This document shows, piece after piece, positions 1 to 8,725 of a stretch of 64,000 bases of DNA (its first letter is position 1; each line of letters begins with the position of its first letter). Origin of the DNA: Burkholderiales bacterium. Its GTDB lineage: Bacteria > Pseudomonadota > Gammaproteobacteria > Burkholderiales > SG8-39. Below the pieces are notes generated by a model. That model made no database searches. It was given only the letters and a program-made list of their open reading frames with translations, and had not been told where the DNA came from. The stretch is from the NCBI GenBank assembly GCA_035454685.1, contig DATIGN010000085.1, positions 33,125 through 97,124 on the forward strand, read 5' to 3'. The position numbers were made by a program, and so were the translations under genes.

Positions 1-617
1 ACTGCGAGCGAGGTATCGAAGGTGAAGCCGATCGGCGCGGTGAGCTGGAACTCATGCAGGCCGAGCTGCGCTGTTCCCGGCGGCGCCGAAGGGTGGACGA
101 GAACCGGCAGGGCGCGCCTATCGATTTCTTTCCAAATGGAATCGAATTGGGCATCTGTAAGAGCTTTTCCGGCGATATTGGCCAGCACCATGACGCCGAC
201 CGCGCCGTTATCACAAGACCTTTTCAGTTCCTGCAAAGCGAGCGATTCGTGCTGCCAGGGCAGGGACGCGAACCAGCGGATGCGATCGGGCCAGGTCTTC
301 TGCGCTTTGGCCATGTCGTCGTTCGCGACCCGTGCCGCCTTCAGGCTTGCCTCCGCGCTGCCCCAATAGACGTTCGGGCAGGTAAGCGACGTGATCGCGA
401 TGTCGACACGCGCCTTGTTCATGTTGGCGATACGCGCTTCCCAGTCGAACATGTTAGGCACCGGAGTCATGAACGGCGTGCCGTCGAGATGGATCGCGCG
501 CAGGCCGCCGGTAACCGTCTTCAGCGTGTAGGAGGGCCCGCCGTGGCTTTCGAGCAACGACACCCACTCGTTCGTGAGCATGTGGGTGTGGACGTCGATG
601 ACCGGACTGCGCGTCAT
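1..617 (-). CDS. amidohydrolase-2 family metal-dependent hydrolase/decarboxylase (ACMSD/LigW-like); 3' end lies outside the window
   Basis: Absent from the ORF track because it runs off the window edge. My translation of the reverse strand from ATG at 617 gives MTRSPVIDVHTHMLTNEWVSLLESHGG...AVGVMVLANIAGK...LPVLVHPSAPPG, with the N-terminal DxHxH metal motif of this family. The ATG overlaps the stop of the upstream Bug gene (ATGA at 614-617). Confidence 0.75.
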   Translation of the reverse strand, partial: MTRSPVIDVHTHMLTNEWVSLLESHGGPSYTLKTVTGGLRAIHLDGTPFMTPVPNMFDWEARIANMNKARVDIAITSLTCPNVYWGSAEASLKAARVANDDMAKAQKTWPDRIRWFASLPWQHESLALQELKRSCDNGAVGVMVLANIAGKALTDAQFDSIWKEIDRRALPVLVHPSAPPGTAQLGLHEFQLTAPIGFTFDTSLA

Positions 618-1570
618 TGGAGCTTGATGTTCGCGGCTCTAACCACTTCGCCCCACTTCTTCGTCTCGTCACGGATCATGGCCGTGAACTCCTGCGTCGA
701 GGTGGGGAACGGCTCCGCGCCCGCCGAGAGCGCGCGTTCGCGGACGTCAGGGGCCGAGAGCGCGTCTTTGATCCCGGAATTGAGCTTGTTGATGACATCG
801 GCTGGCGTGCCCGCCGGCGCTACGGCCCCGAACCAGCCGATCGCCTCGTAGCCGGGCAGGCCTGCTTCCTCGAAAGTCGGCACATCGGGCGCAGCGGAAA
901 TGCGGCGCTTCGTCGTAACAGCCAGCGCGCGCAGCTTTCCTGCTTTGACGTTGGCGATGGCAGAGGGCACGTCCACCACGCCGAGCGGCACCTGGCCGCC
1001 CAGCACGTCGGCGGACACCGGGCCGCTGCCTTTGTACGGCACCGCCTGGATCCTGATGCTCGCCATCATGTTGAGCAGCTCGCCTGCGAGATGCATGGTC
1101 GAGCCCTGGCCGCCGTGCCCGTAGGACAGAGCACCCGGATTCGCTTTGGCGGTTTCGATCAGTTCCTTCAGCGAAGAAGCCTGCGCAGGATGCGCCACCA
1201 GGAAGAACGGGATCATCGCCAGCATCGAAATCGGCGCGAGGTCCTTTTCCGGGTGGTACGGCATGCTGGGATAGAGATGGATGTTCGAGGATAGCGCCCC
1301 CGCTGCGGCGAGCCCGATGACGTAGCCATCCGGCGGCGCCTTGGCGATCGCGTCGACGCCGATCATGCCGCCTGCGCCGGCGCGGTTCTCGACCACCACC
1401 GGCTGGCCGAGCCGCTCGCTCATGCGCGGCGCGATCGCGCGCGCGATAAGGTCGGAACTGCCGCCCGGTGGGAAGCTCACGATAAACCGGATCGGTTTGG
1501 ATGGATACGGTTGCGCTGAGGTAATTGCTGCCCAGAAGACCAGGACCGCTGCCGCCCACCTCATGGTCAA
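614..1570 (-). CDS. Bug/TctC family tripartite tricarboxylate transporter substrate-binding protein
   Basis: 318 aa. Signal peptide MTMRWAAAVLVFWAAITSAQ, then PYPSKPIRFIVSFPPGGSSDLIAR, ENRAGAGG and PYKGSGP motifs typical of the Bug family. ATGA overlaps with both neighbours. Confidence 0.9.
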   Translation of the reverse strand: MTMRWAAAVLVFWAAITSAQPYPSKPIRFIVSFPPGGSSDLIARAIAPRMSERLGQPVVVENRAGAGGMIGVDAIAKAPPDGYVIGLAAAGALSSNIHLYPSMPYHPEKDLAPISMLAMIPFFLVAHPAQASSLKELIETAKANPGALSYGHGGQGSTMHLAGELLNMMASIRIQAVPYKGSGPVSADVLGGQVPLGVVDVPSAIANVKAGKLRALAVTTKRRISAAPDVPTFEEAGLPGYEAIGWFGAVAPAGTPADVINKLNSGIKDALSAPDVRERALSAGAEPFPTSTQEFTAMIRDETKKWGEVVRAANIKLQ

Positions 1571-2412
1571 TCTTCCCCGATCGTGTTCTCGAGGATGCCC
1601 ACCTTGTCGATCTCGACCTCGACTTTATCGCCAGGCTTCATCCAAACCGGCGGCGTGCGCCGCGCGCCGACTCCGCCCGGCGTGCCGGTGACGATGACAT
1701 CGCCGGGCGCGAGCGTCGTCCAGGTCGACACGTACTCGAGGATCTTCGGGATCTTGAAAATCATCTGCTCGGTCGTGGCGTGCTGCATGCGCTCGCCGTT
1801 TAACCGGCACGAAAGCGTCATCGTGCTGCCGGGCGGGATCTCGTCCGCGGTGACCATCCACGGGCCGAAGCCGCCGGTGCGTGCGAAGTTCTTGCCCGCG
1901 GTCCACTGGATGGTGTGGCGCTGCCAGTCGCGCACCGAACCGTCGTTGTAGCAACTGTATCCCGCAATATGCGACCACGAATCTTTTTGGGAGATGCGTC
2001 TTCCCGCGCGTCCGATGATCACGGCGATCTCGGCCTCGTAGTCCAGGTTCTTCGACTCGCGCGGACGCAGGATCGCCTGCTTGTGGCCGACCTGGGATTC
2101 CGGCAGCCGGATGAAGATCGCGGGCTGCTCGGTGTTGTCGCGGCCGGTCTCGACGACGTGCTCCTGGTAATTGAGGCCGACGCACAAGATCTTGTCGGGG
2201 TTGGAAATCACCGGAAGCCAGTTCACATCCGTGAACTGGTAGTCGGGCGTTGCACTCAGGTACTGCTCGGCCTGGGAGAAGCCGTTGCCGGCCACGAGCG
2301 CCTTCAGATCGGGAAACTGGTTGCCCAGGCGGCGGCGCAGGTCGACAATTCCCTTCGCCGTGACGGCGCCGTAACTGGCGCCTTGTGCAGTGCTGAAACT
2401 GGCGAGCTTCAT
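1567..2412 (-). CDS. fumarylacetoacetate hydrolase (FAH) family protein
   Basis: 281 aa with CVGLNYQEHV, DYEAEIAVIIG and GDVIVTGTPGGVG, typical of the FAH/HpcE-type hydrolase/isomerase/decarboxylase fold. First gene of the minus-strand FAH-Bug-amidohydrolase unit. Confidence 0.9.
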   Translation of the reverse strand: MKLASFSTAQGASYGAVTAKGIVDLRRRLGNQFPDLKALVAGNGFSQAEQYLSATPDYQFTDVNWLPVISNPDKILCVGLNYQEHVVETGRDNTEQPAIFIRLPESQVGHKQAILRPRESKNLDYEAEIAVIIGRAGRRISQKDSWSHIAGYSCYNDGSVRDWQRHTIQWTAGKNFARTGGFGPWMVTADEIPPGSTMTLSCRLNGERMQHATTEQMIFKIPKILEYVSTWTTLAPGDVIVTGTPGGVGARRTPPVWMKPGDKVEVEIDKVGILENTIGED

Positions 2413-2417
2413 AAGCG

Positions 2418-2963
2418 ATGACCTCGGTTCCGGAGTTTTCGTTCAGCCACATGGGGATCTTCGTGACCGACCCCGCGCGGATGGAGGATTTTTACACACG
2501 CGTCCTCGGTTTTGCGGTTACCGACAGGGGTATGCTTGGTTCAGTTTCGCTGGTTTTCTTGAGCCGCGATGCGAGAGAGCACCATCAGATAGTCCTGGCG
2601 GCCGGCAGGCCGGCCGCGGCCGCATTCAACCCCATCAACCAGATCTCTTTTCGCATGGCCGATTTCGCCGGGCTGCGCGAAATGCACCGCAGGCTGGAAA
2701 AGGAGGGCGTGAGGGAACTTTCGCCGGCGTCGCACGGCAACGCGCTTTCGGTCTACTTCAAGGACCCGGAAGGCAACCGCATCGAGCTTTTCGTCGACAC
2801 GCCCTGGTACGTGGAGCAGCCGGTGCGCGTCCCGCTCGACATGAGTCTTTCCGACGCCGAGATCTGGGCGTGGGCCGAGCGAGATGCCCACAGCCGGGCG
2901 GGGTTCATGCCGGTCGAGGAGTGGCGCGCGGGCCTCAGGGCGAAACTAGCGCGATCGCGCTGA
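2418..2963 (+). CDS. VOC family protein (glyoxalase / extradiol ring-cleavage dioxygenase fold)
   Basis: 181 aa. FSHMGIFVTDPARMEDFYTRVLGF ... HHQIVLA ... SHGNALSVYFKDPEGNRIELF matches the paired beta-alpha-beta-beta-beta VOC pattern with His/His/Glu ligand positions. The start must lie upstream of His11, so ATG 2418 is required. Confidence 0.8.
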   Translation: MTSVPEFSFSHMGIFVTDPARMEDFYTRVLGFAVTDRGMLGSVSLVFLSRDAREHHQIVLAAGRPAAAAFNPINQISFRMADFAGLREMHRRLEKEGVRELSPASHGNALSVYFKDPEGNRIELFVDTPWYVEQPVRVPLDMSLSDAEIWAWAERDAHSRAGFMPVEEWRAGLRAKLARSR

Positions 2964-3333
2964 TCTCGACCAGGAACTCGGGTGAGGCGAGCTTGGACAC
3001 CTCGACCAGCGTCGAGGCGGGCGGTGTGCCGCGCCAGAACTGCCGGCGCACCTTGTTGACGCGCTCGCGGTCGCCGATGTTGCGCAGATAGACGTCGACC
3101 CGGCAGACGTCGTCGAGCGTCCCGCCCGCGGCCTCGAGCGCAGCTTTGAGGTTCTCGCACACCTGGCGTGTCTGCTCCTCCACGTCGCCGACGCCAACGA
3201 CCTTGCCGTCCGGGCGGCGCGCCGTCATCCCGGACACGAACACCAGCACACCCTTGGCCGGCGCCGCGATCGCCTGCGAAAAGTGCCCGCTCGGCTCGGC
3301 GACCTTGCTTGAGCGGATCTGCTGCTTCTTCAT
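2935..3333 (-). CDS. RidA/YjgF/UK114 family protein
   Basis: 132 aa. GHFSQAI...VFVSGMTA...QTRQVCENLKAALEAAG...VDVYL is typical of the RidA enamine/imine deaminase family. Overlaps the 3' end of the convergent VOC gene by 29 nt. Confidence 0.85.
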   Translation of the reverse strand: MKKQQIRSSKVAEPSGHFSQAIAAPAKGVLVFVSGMTARRPDGKVVGVGDVEEQTRQVCENLKAALEAAGGTLDDVCRVDVYLRNIGDRERVNKVRRQFWRGTPPASTLVEVSKLASPEFLVEISAIALVSP

Positions 3334-3369
3334 GGGGCTAGGTTACACTGAAGGCGAGAGGAGGAGGCC

Positions 3370-4317
3370 ATGCGAAAGCTGCTCGCCGCGCTGCTGATTG
3401 CGGTTCCATGCTTTGCGTCTGCTCAATCCTACCCGGCGAAGCCGGTGCGCATCATCGTTCCGTTCCCGCCCGGCGGCACGACCGACCTGATCGCGCGCAT
3501 CGTGCAGCCGAGGTTCCAGGAGTTCATGGGCCAGACGGTGCTGATCGAGAATCGCTCCGGCGCCGGCGGCTCGGTCGGCGCGGCCGAGGTGGCCAGGGCG
3601 CCCGCCGACGGCTACACCTTGCTCATGGTGTTCGACACGCATGCGGTGAACCACCACATCTTCAAGATGGCGCCCGACCCGTTCAAGCAGCTCGAGCACA
3701 TCTGCCTGATGGTGAGATCGCCGAGCGCGCTCGTCGGCGTCACGAGCTTCGCGCCCAACAACCTGCGTGAGGTGGTGGCCTATGCCAAGGCGAACCCGGA
3801 GAAAGTGACCTACTCGACTCCAGGCTCGGGCAGCTCCAACCATCTGGCGGCGCTGCTCCTCGAGCAGGTTGCCGGCATCAAGATGACGCACGTCGCCTAC
3901 AAGGGCGGCGCGCCGATGATCCAGGCGCTGCTCAGCCAGCAGGTGCACATCTCGTTCTTCTCGCTGCCGCTGATGGTGCCGCATATCAAGGCGGGCAAGA
4001 TGAAGGGCCTCGCGGTCGGCAGCCGCGCGCGCGTGCAGCAGCTCCCAGACGTGCAGACGCTGTCGGAGACCTTCCCCGGCTTCGAGCAATATTCCTGGTT
4101 CGGGATCCTCGGCCCGGCGGGTCTGCCTAAGGATGTCGCAGCGAAAGTTCACCGCGAGACGGTGCGCACGCTGCAGGCGCCGGATGTGAACGGCAAGCTC
4201 ACCGAGCAGGGTTTTGAGATCGTCGCGAGTTCGCCGGAAGAGTTCGTCAAGTTCGTGCAGGGTGAATCCGACAAGCTCGGCAAGCTGATCCGCGAGAACA
4301 AGATCGTTGCGGAATAA
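3370..4317 (+). CDS. Bug/TctC family substrate-binding protein
   Basis: 315 aa. Signal peptide MRKLLAALLIAVPCFASAQ, then SYPAKPVRIIVPFPPGGTTDLIAR, ENRSGAGG and AYKGGAP. Strong GGAGGAGG Shine-Dalgarno upstream. Confidence 0.9.
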   Translation: MRKLLAALLIAVPCFASAQSYPAKPVRIIVPFPPGGTTDLIARIVQPRFQEFMGQTVLIENRSGAGGSVGAAEVARAPADGYTLLMVFDTHAVNHHIFKMAPDPFKQLEHICLMVRSPSALVGVTSFAPNNLREVVAYAKANPEKVTYSTPGSGSSNHLAALLLEQVAGIKMTHVAYKGGAPMIQALLSQQVHISFFSLPLMVPHIKAGKMKGLAVGSRARVQQLPDVQTLSETFPGFEQYSWFGILGPAGLPKDVAAKVHRETVRTLQAPDVNGKLTEQGFEIVASSPEEFVKFVQGESDKLGKLIRENKIVAE

Positions 4318-5373
4318 GTGAGGGCCTTCGTCTACAACGGCCTGCCGGCGCGGGTCGTTTTCGGCGCCGGGGCGCTGGCCCGATTGCCCGAAGAGCTCGA
4401 CCGGCTCGGTGCAAAGCGCGCGCTCGTGCTCTCCACTCCCGAGCAGGCAGCCTCGGCGCGGCAGGTGGCGAGCGCCCTCGGCGCCCGGTGCGCCGGGACC
4501 TACGACAAGGCCGCGATGCACGTGCCGGTGGAGATCGCCGAGGACGCGCGCCGCACCGCCCGCGAGCTCGGCGCCGATTGCTGCGTCACCGTCGGCGGCG
4601 GCTCGACCACGGGGCTCGGCAAGGCAATCGCGCTCACCTCGGCCGTTCCGATCCTGGCCGTGCCGACCACCTACGCGGGCTCGGAGATGACGCCGATCTA
4701 TGGAATCACCGAAGGCGGAGCCAAGAAGACCGGGCGCGACGTGCGCGTCCTGCCGAAAGCGGTCATCTACGACCCGACGCTGACGCTGAGCCTTCCGCCC
4801 GCGCTCTCCGCGGCGAGCGGCATGAACGCCATCGCGCACGCGGTCGAGGCGCTCTATTCGCACGAGGGTAATCCCATCATCTCGCTCATGGCAGAGGAAG
4901 GCATACGTGCGCTCGCGCTTGCCTTGCCCGCAATAATGAAATCACCCTCAGATATCGGCGCGAGAAGCGATGCGCTCTATGGGGCGTGGCTGTGCGGGGT
5001 GGTGCTCGGATCGGCCGGCATGGCGCTGCACCACAAGCTTTGCCATGTGCTTGGGGGCAGCTTCAACTTGCCACACGCCGAAACCCACTCGATCATTCTG
5101 CCGCACGCGGTGCGGTACAACCACGACGCTGCGCCGGAGGCCATGGCGCGCATAGAAAGGGCCATCCAGGCTGAGGATGCCGCGGCCGGAATCTACGACC
5201 TCGAGAAACGGCTCGGGCTGCCCATGCGGCTCGCCGACGTCGGCATGGAGGAAGGCGACCTCGAGCGCGCGGCGCGCATCGCGACCGAGGCGCCTTACCC
5301 GAATCCGCGGAAAGTGGATTACGCCGCCGTACTCCAGCTCCTGCGCAGCGCTTACCTGGGGCATCGTCCATGA
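4318..5373 (+). CDS. maleylacetate reductase (iron-containing alcohol dehydrogenase family)
   Basis: 351 aa. GTG start directly after the upstream TAA. VTVGGGSTTGLGKAIA, VPTTYAGSEMT and HKLCHVLGGSFNLPHAETHSIILPH resemble TfdF/PnpE/GraC-type maleylacetate reductases. Confidence 0.85.
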   Translation: MRAFVYNGLPARVVFGAGALARLPEELDRLGAKRALVLSTPEQAASARQVASALGARCAGTYDKAAMHVPVEIAEDARRTARELGADCCVTVGGGSTTGLGKAIALTSAVPILAVPTTYAGSEMTPIYGITEGGAKKTGRDVRVLPKAVIYDPTLTLSLPPALSAASGMNAIAHAVEALYSHEGNPIISLMAEEGIRALALALPAIMKSPSDIGARSDALYGAWLCGVVLGSAGMALHHKLCHVLGGSFNLPHAETHSIILPHAVRYNHDAAPEAMARIERAIQAEDAAAGIYDLEKRLGLPMRLADVGMEEGDLERAARIATEAPYPNPRKVDYAAVLQLLRSAYLGHRP

Positions 5374-5714
5374 TCGCCGTCATTTTCGAGTTCACCGCCG
5401 ACGCCCGGCGCCGCGAGGAATATCTTCAGCTCGCTGCCATGCTCAATGAAGAAGTGAAGGGATTCGACGGCTTCCTCGGCATCGAGCGCTTCCAGAGCCT
5501 GAGCGCGCCCGACCGCTACGTGTCGCTCTCCTTCTGGCGCGACGAGGAGGCGGTGCGCAAATGGCGCAACGTGCACAAGCATCGGGAGGCGCAGGCGAAG
5601 GGCAGGGGCGGCATCTTCAGCTCCTATCGGCTGCGCGTCTGCAGCGTCATCCGGGATTACGGGATGAAGGAGCGCGGCGAGGCGCCGAAGGACAGCATCG
5701 CCGCGCACGACTAG
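5370..5714 (+). CDS. antibiotic biosynthesis monooxygenase (ABM) domain protein
   Basis: 114 aa. IAVIFEF...GFLGIERFQS...YVSLSFWRDEEAVRKWRN is a typical ABM ferredoxin-like fold signature. ATGA overlap with the maleylacetate reductase stop. Confidence 0.8.
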   Translation: MIAVIFEFTADARRREEYLQLAAMLNEEVKGFDGFLGIERFQSLSAPDRYVSLSFWRDEEAVRKWRNVHKHREAQAKGRGGIFSSYRLRVCSVIRDYGMKERGEAPKDSIAAHD

Positions 5715-6148
5715 TGCCGCACAGCTTCCTCTTTGAGGAGGGAACCTGGCGCGTCGAGGGCGAGCAACGCGACGCCTCGGGCACCACCGCCGCCGTCTCG
5801 GGCGAGAACTCGATCCGCCACGAGACCGGCCGCTGGCACTTCGAGGCGGTGCTGCGCCTGCGCGGCGACCCGCTCCGCGTAACGCACAACCGCTATCAGA
5901 TCGAGCCCTTCCTTCCCGGTGCGGTCTCGACACATTGGAGCTCGAACAACCCGGTGCTCGGCGCGCTGCGCGGACGCTTCGTCATCGCAGGTGACGCGAT
6001 TCTCTCGGCCTACACCAGCCCCACTTTGCGGTTCCGCGGCTTCGAGTGCATCCAGCAGCGCGATGCGCGGCGCTACACGGTGCGCGGCGCGATGCTGGAA
6101 GAGGACAAACTTGTTTCTACCTGGGCGCTGGATTTGACGAGAATCTAG
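5714..6148 (+). CDS. hypothetical protein (no family recognised)
   Basis: Track ORF 5561-6148 trimmed to GTG 5714, which overlaps the ABM stop (TAGTG). High GC3 is retained and the product VPHSFLFEEGTWRVEGE...STWALDLTRI is not low-complexity. I recognise no motif. Confidence 0.45.
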   Translation: MPHSFLFEEGTWRVEGEQRDASGTTAAVSGENSIRHETGRWHFEAVLRLRGDPLRVTHNRYQIEPFLPGAVSTHWSSNNPVLGALRGRFVIAGDAILSAYTSPTLRFRGFECIQQRDARRYTVRGAMLEEDKLVSTWALDLTRI

Positions 6149-6173
6149 CTCCTCACAGACTTAGGGGAGTTAG

Positions 6174-7298
6174 ATGAAAAAAGTCACAATCCTGCTCGCC
6201 GCGCTCGTCTTCTCGCTCGAGACTGCGGCGCAGGTGAATGTCGCGGCGACCGGGGAAGCGATCGTCGCCGCTCTCAACAAGCGCGACCTCGACGGCGTTC
6301 TCGCCACGATGGACGTCGAGGCAGTGAGCCACATCGTGACGAAGGGCCTGGGCTTGAGCGACGGCGACCGCGAGTCGCTACGCAAGGGCTTCGGCAAGGC
6401 GCTGCGGACCAACGTCGAGATCGGCATGCGCGCCATGGAGGCGAGCAAGGGAACGGCGAAGTACCTGCGCAGCGGGGTACGCGATTCCAGGCCGTACGCG
6501 CTGCTGCGCTACGACCTGGGCGACCAGGGGACGGACTACGTCGAGTACTACCTGTCGCCCTCGGGCAAGGTCGAAGACTGGTACGTGCACAGCATGGCGA
6601 CGCTCTACAGCACCTCCGCACGCCTCGGGCTCGCCACGGTGCTCAAGACCGACTCGATGCTGTTCAGCCTGTTCGGCCTCCGTATGGCGAGCAGCGCCGA
6701 TGCCAAGCCGTTCACCGAGCTGCGCACCCGGCTGCAGGCGCAGGATTTCGCCGGCGCGTACCGCGCGCTCGACACGTTCCCCGAAGGCTTCCGCAAGACG
6801 CGCCAGTGGGCACTGATGCGGGTCACGTTCGGCGCGCGCATCGACGAGGCCACGCACCGCGCCGCGCTGCGCTACCTGGCGGCGAACTTCGGCGCCGAGG
6901 CCGATCTGCAATTCATGCTGATCGACCACTATTTCTTCGAAGAGAAGTTCGACCGTGCGCTTGCTTCGCTCAGCGCGCTGGAGCGGGCCGTGGGCGGCGA
7001 GGATGGTGCGACGGCGAACCTGCGCGGCAGCATCCTGGTCGGGGCGAAGCGCTTCAACGACGCCGCAGGCGCTTGCCGCCGCGGCATGGCGCTCGAGCCC
7101 GACCATAAGCCGGCCTATTGGTGCCTGGTCAGCGTTGGCATCGCCACTCGCGACGGCAAGACCGCGGTCGAGGGCCTCAAGGCCTACGAGAAGGCGTTCA
7201 GCACGGAGTTCGACCTCGAAAAGCTTGGCGCGATCGACGACTACAAGGAAATCGCGCGCACTCCGGAATTCGCCGCCTGGAAGAAGAGCCGGCGCTAG
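6174..7298 (+). CDS. exported hypothetical protein with TPR-like C-terminal helices
   Basis: 374 aa. N-terminal signal peptide MKKVTILLAALVFSLETAAQ and GGGGAG Shine-Dalgarno. The C-terminal part (DRALASLSALERAV...RRGMALEPDHKPAYWCL) looks like helical TPR-type repeats. Confidence 0.65.
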   Translation: MKKVTILLAALVFSLETAAQVNVAATGEAIVAALNKRDLDGVLATMDVEAVSHIVTKGLGLSDGDRESLRKGFGKALRTNVEIGMRAMEASKGTAKYLRSGVRDSRPYALLRYDLGDQGTDYVEYYLSPSGKVEDWYVHSMATLYSTSARLGLATVLKTDSMLFSLFGLRMASSADAKPFTELRTRLQAQDFAGAYRALDTFPEGFRKTRQWALMRVTFGARIDEATHRAALRYLAANFGAEADLQFMLIDHYFFEEKFDRALASLSALERAVGGEDGATANLRGSILVGAKRFNDAAGACRRGMALEPDHKPAYWCLVSVGIATRDGKTAVEGLKAYEKAFSTEFDLEKLGAIDDYKEIARTPEFAAWKKSRR

Positions 7299-8725
7299 AG
7301 GTTTGGCGTTCTTATTGGCCGCACAGTCTCGAACGCGCGCGCGGCGCGCAGGACGCGCGCGTCCGCGTACTTCGGCCCGACGAGGTGCAGACCGACCGGC
7401 AACCCGGCCGCGGTGAGACCGCAGGCAATCGACGCCGCCGGCTGCTGGGTGAGGTTGAATGGGAAGGTGAAAGGGGTCCAGTCGGTCCAGCGGCTCTGCA
7501 GCATCTTGTCCGCCACCTCCTTGCCGGCGTCGAACGCGGGAATGGAAAGCGTCGGCGTCAGCAGAAGGTCGCAGTCACGGTGGAAGAGATTCATGTGCGC
7601 ACCGAGCGCACCGCGCTTCAATTGCGCGTCCAGGAAGTCGTGCGCGCTGACCTTCTCGCCCTGCGCGGCCATCTCTCGCAGGCCCGGATCGATCAGCTCG
7701 TGCTTCTCCTTCGGGATGCCCTTGAGCAGGAACGCGGCTCCCGCGAACCAGTGCGTCATGAAAAGCGGCGCCGGGTCCTCGAAACCGGGATTCTTCTCCT
7801 CGACCTTCGCTCCCAGATCCTCGAACACCTTCACGGCTTTGCCGACTATCTCTCTTACTTCCTTGTCGACCTTCGCATATCCCAGATCCGGTGAGTACGC
7901 GATGCGCAGGTCGGCGACGCCGTGGTCGAGACCCGTGCGCCAGTCGCGCGGCTCGTAGGGCAGCGCGTGCCAGTCGCGCGCGTCGGGCAGCGCGAGTACG
8001 TTGAGCATCAGCGCGGCATCTGTGACGCTGCGCGTCATCGGCCCGACGTGCGCCACCGTGCCGAAGGGCGATAGCGGCCACGCGGGCACGCGGCCGAAGG
8101 AGGCCTTGATGCCGAAGATGCCCGTGAATGCGCACGGGATCCGTATGGAGCCGCCGCCGTCGGTGCCCACGGCGAGTGGACCCATCCCCGCGGCCACCGC
8201 CGCCGCCGCGCCGCCAGAGGAGCCTCCAGGAGTCTTCGCCTTGTTCCAGGGATTGCGCGTGATGCCGGTGAGCGGGCTGTCGGTCACGCCCTTCCAGCCG
8301 AACTCGGGCGTGGTGGTTTTGCCGAGCAGCACCGCGCCGTGCTCTCGCAGCCGCGCCGTGGCCGGCGCGTCATCGTTCCAGGGTCCCTTGGGATCGATCG
8401 TCTTCGACCCGCGCCGCGTTGGCCAGCCCCTGGTCAGGATGAGGTCCTTGATGGAGACGGGCACGCCTTCGAGCAGGCCCTTCGGCTGCCCCGCGAGCCA
8501 GCGAGCTTCGGAGGCTTTTGCTTCATTCAAGGCATTCTCTGAAACCAGACTGAATGCATTGAGAACCGGATTGAGGGCTTCAATGCGCTTGAGCACTGCC
8601 GCGGTGACCTCGACCGGCGACAGCGTCCTCTTGCGGAACGCATCGACGAGCTCGCTTGCCGTGAGCGCGCAGAGGTCGCTCACCGGCGATCCGCCCGCGC
8701 CCTTGCCAGCGCTTTGTCGCGCCAC
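7295..8725 (-). CDS. amidase (amidase-signature family)
   Basis: GGSSGGAAAAVAAGMGPLAVGTDGGGSIRIPCAFTGIFGIK is the classical amidase signature with the Ser-cisSer-Lys context. An alternative GTG start at 8683 gives a GTGA overlap with the upstream aldolase stop and is probably the true start. Confidence 0.9.
   Translation of the reverse strand: MARQSAGKGAGGSPVSDLCALTASELVDAFRKRTLSPVEVTAAVLKRIEALNPVLNAFSLVSENALNEAKASEARWLAGQPKGLLEGVPVSIKDLILTRGWPTRRGSKTIDPKGPWNDDAPATARLREHGAVLLGKTTTPEFGWKGVTDSPLTGITRNPWNKAKTPGGSSGGAAAAVAAGMGPLAVGTDGGGSIRIPCAFTGIFGIKASFGRVPAWPLSPFGTVAHVGPMTRSVTDAALMLNVLALPDARDWHALPYEPRDWRTGLDHGVADLRIAYSPDLGYAKVDKEVREIVGKAVKVFEDLGAKVEEKNPGFEDPAPLFMTHWFAGAAFLLKGIPKEKHELIDPGLREMAAQGEKVSAHDFLDAQLKRGALGAHMNLFHRDCDLLLTPTLSIPAFDAGKEVADKMLQSRWTDWTPFTFPFNLTQQPAASIACGLTAAGLPVGLHLVGPKYADARVLRAARAFETVRPIRTPNL

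Noticed and set aside
3343-4863. 506-aa minus-strand ORF. Similar large antisense ORFs occur at 16158-17360, 25607-26896, 28063-28983, 29005-30507, 37153-37944, 46418-47143 and 61754-62860.
   Set aside because: All lie antisense to genes with strong family signatures (Bug/maleylacetate reductase, Rieske oxygenase, aminotransferase, TRAP permease, ThDP enzyme, RdhA, TreZ). All are Arg/Gly/Ala/His-rich without motifs.
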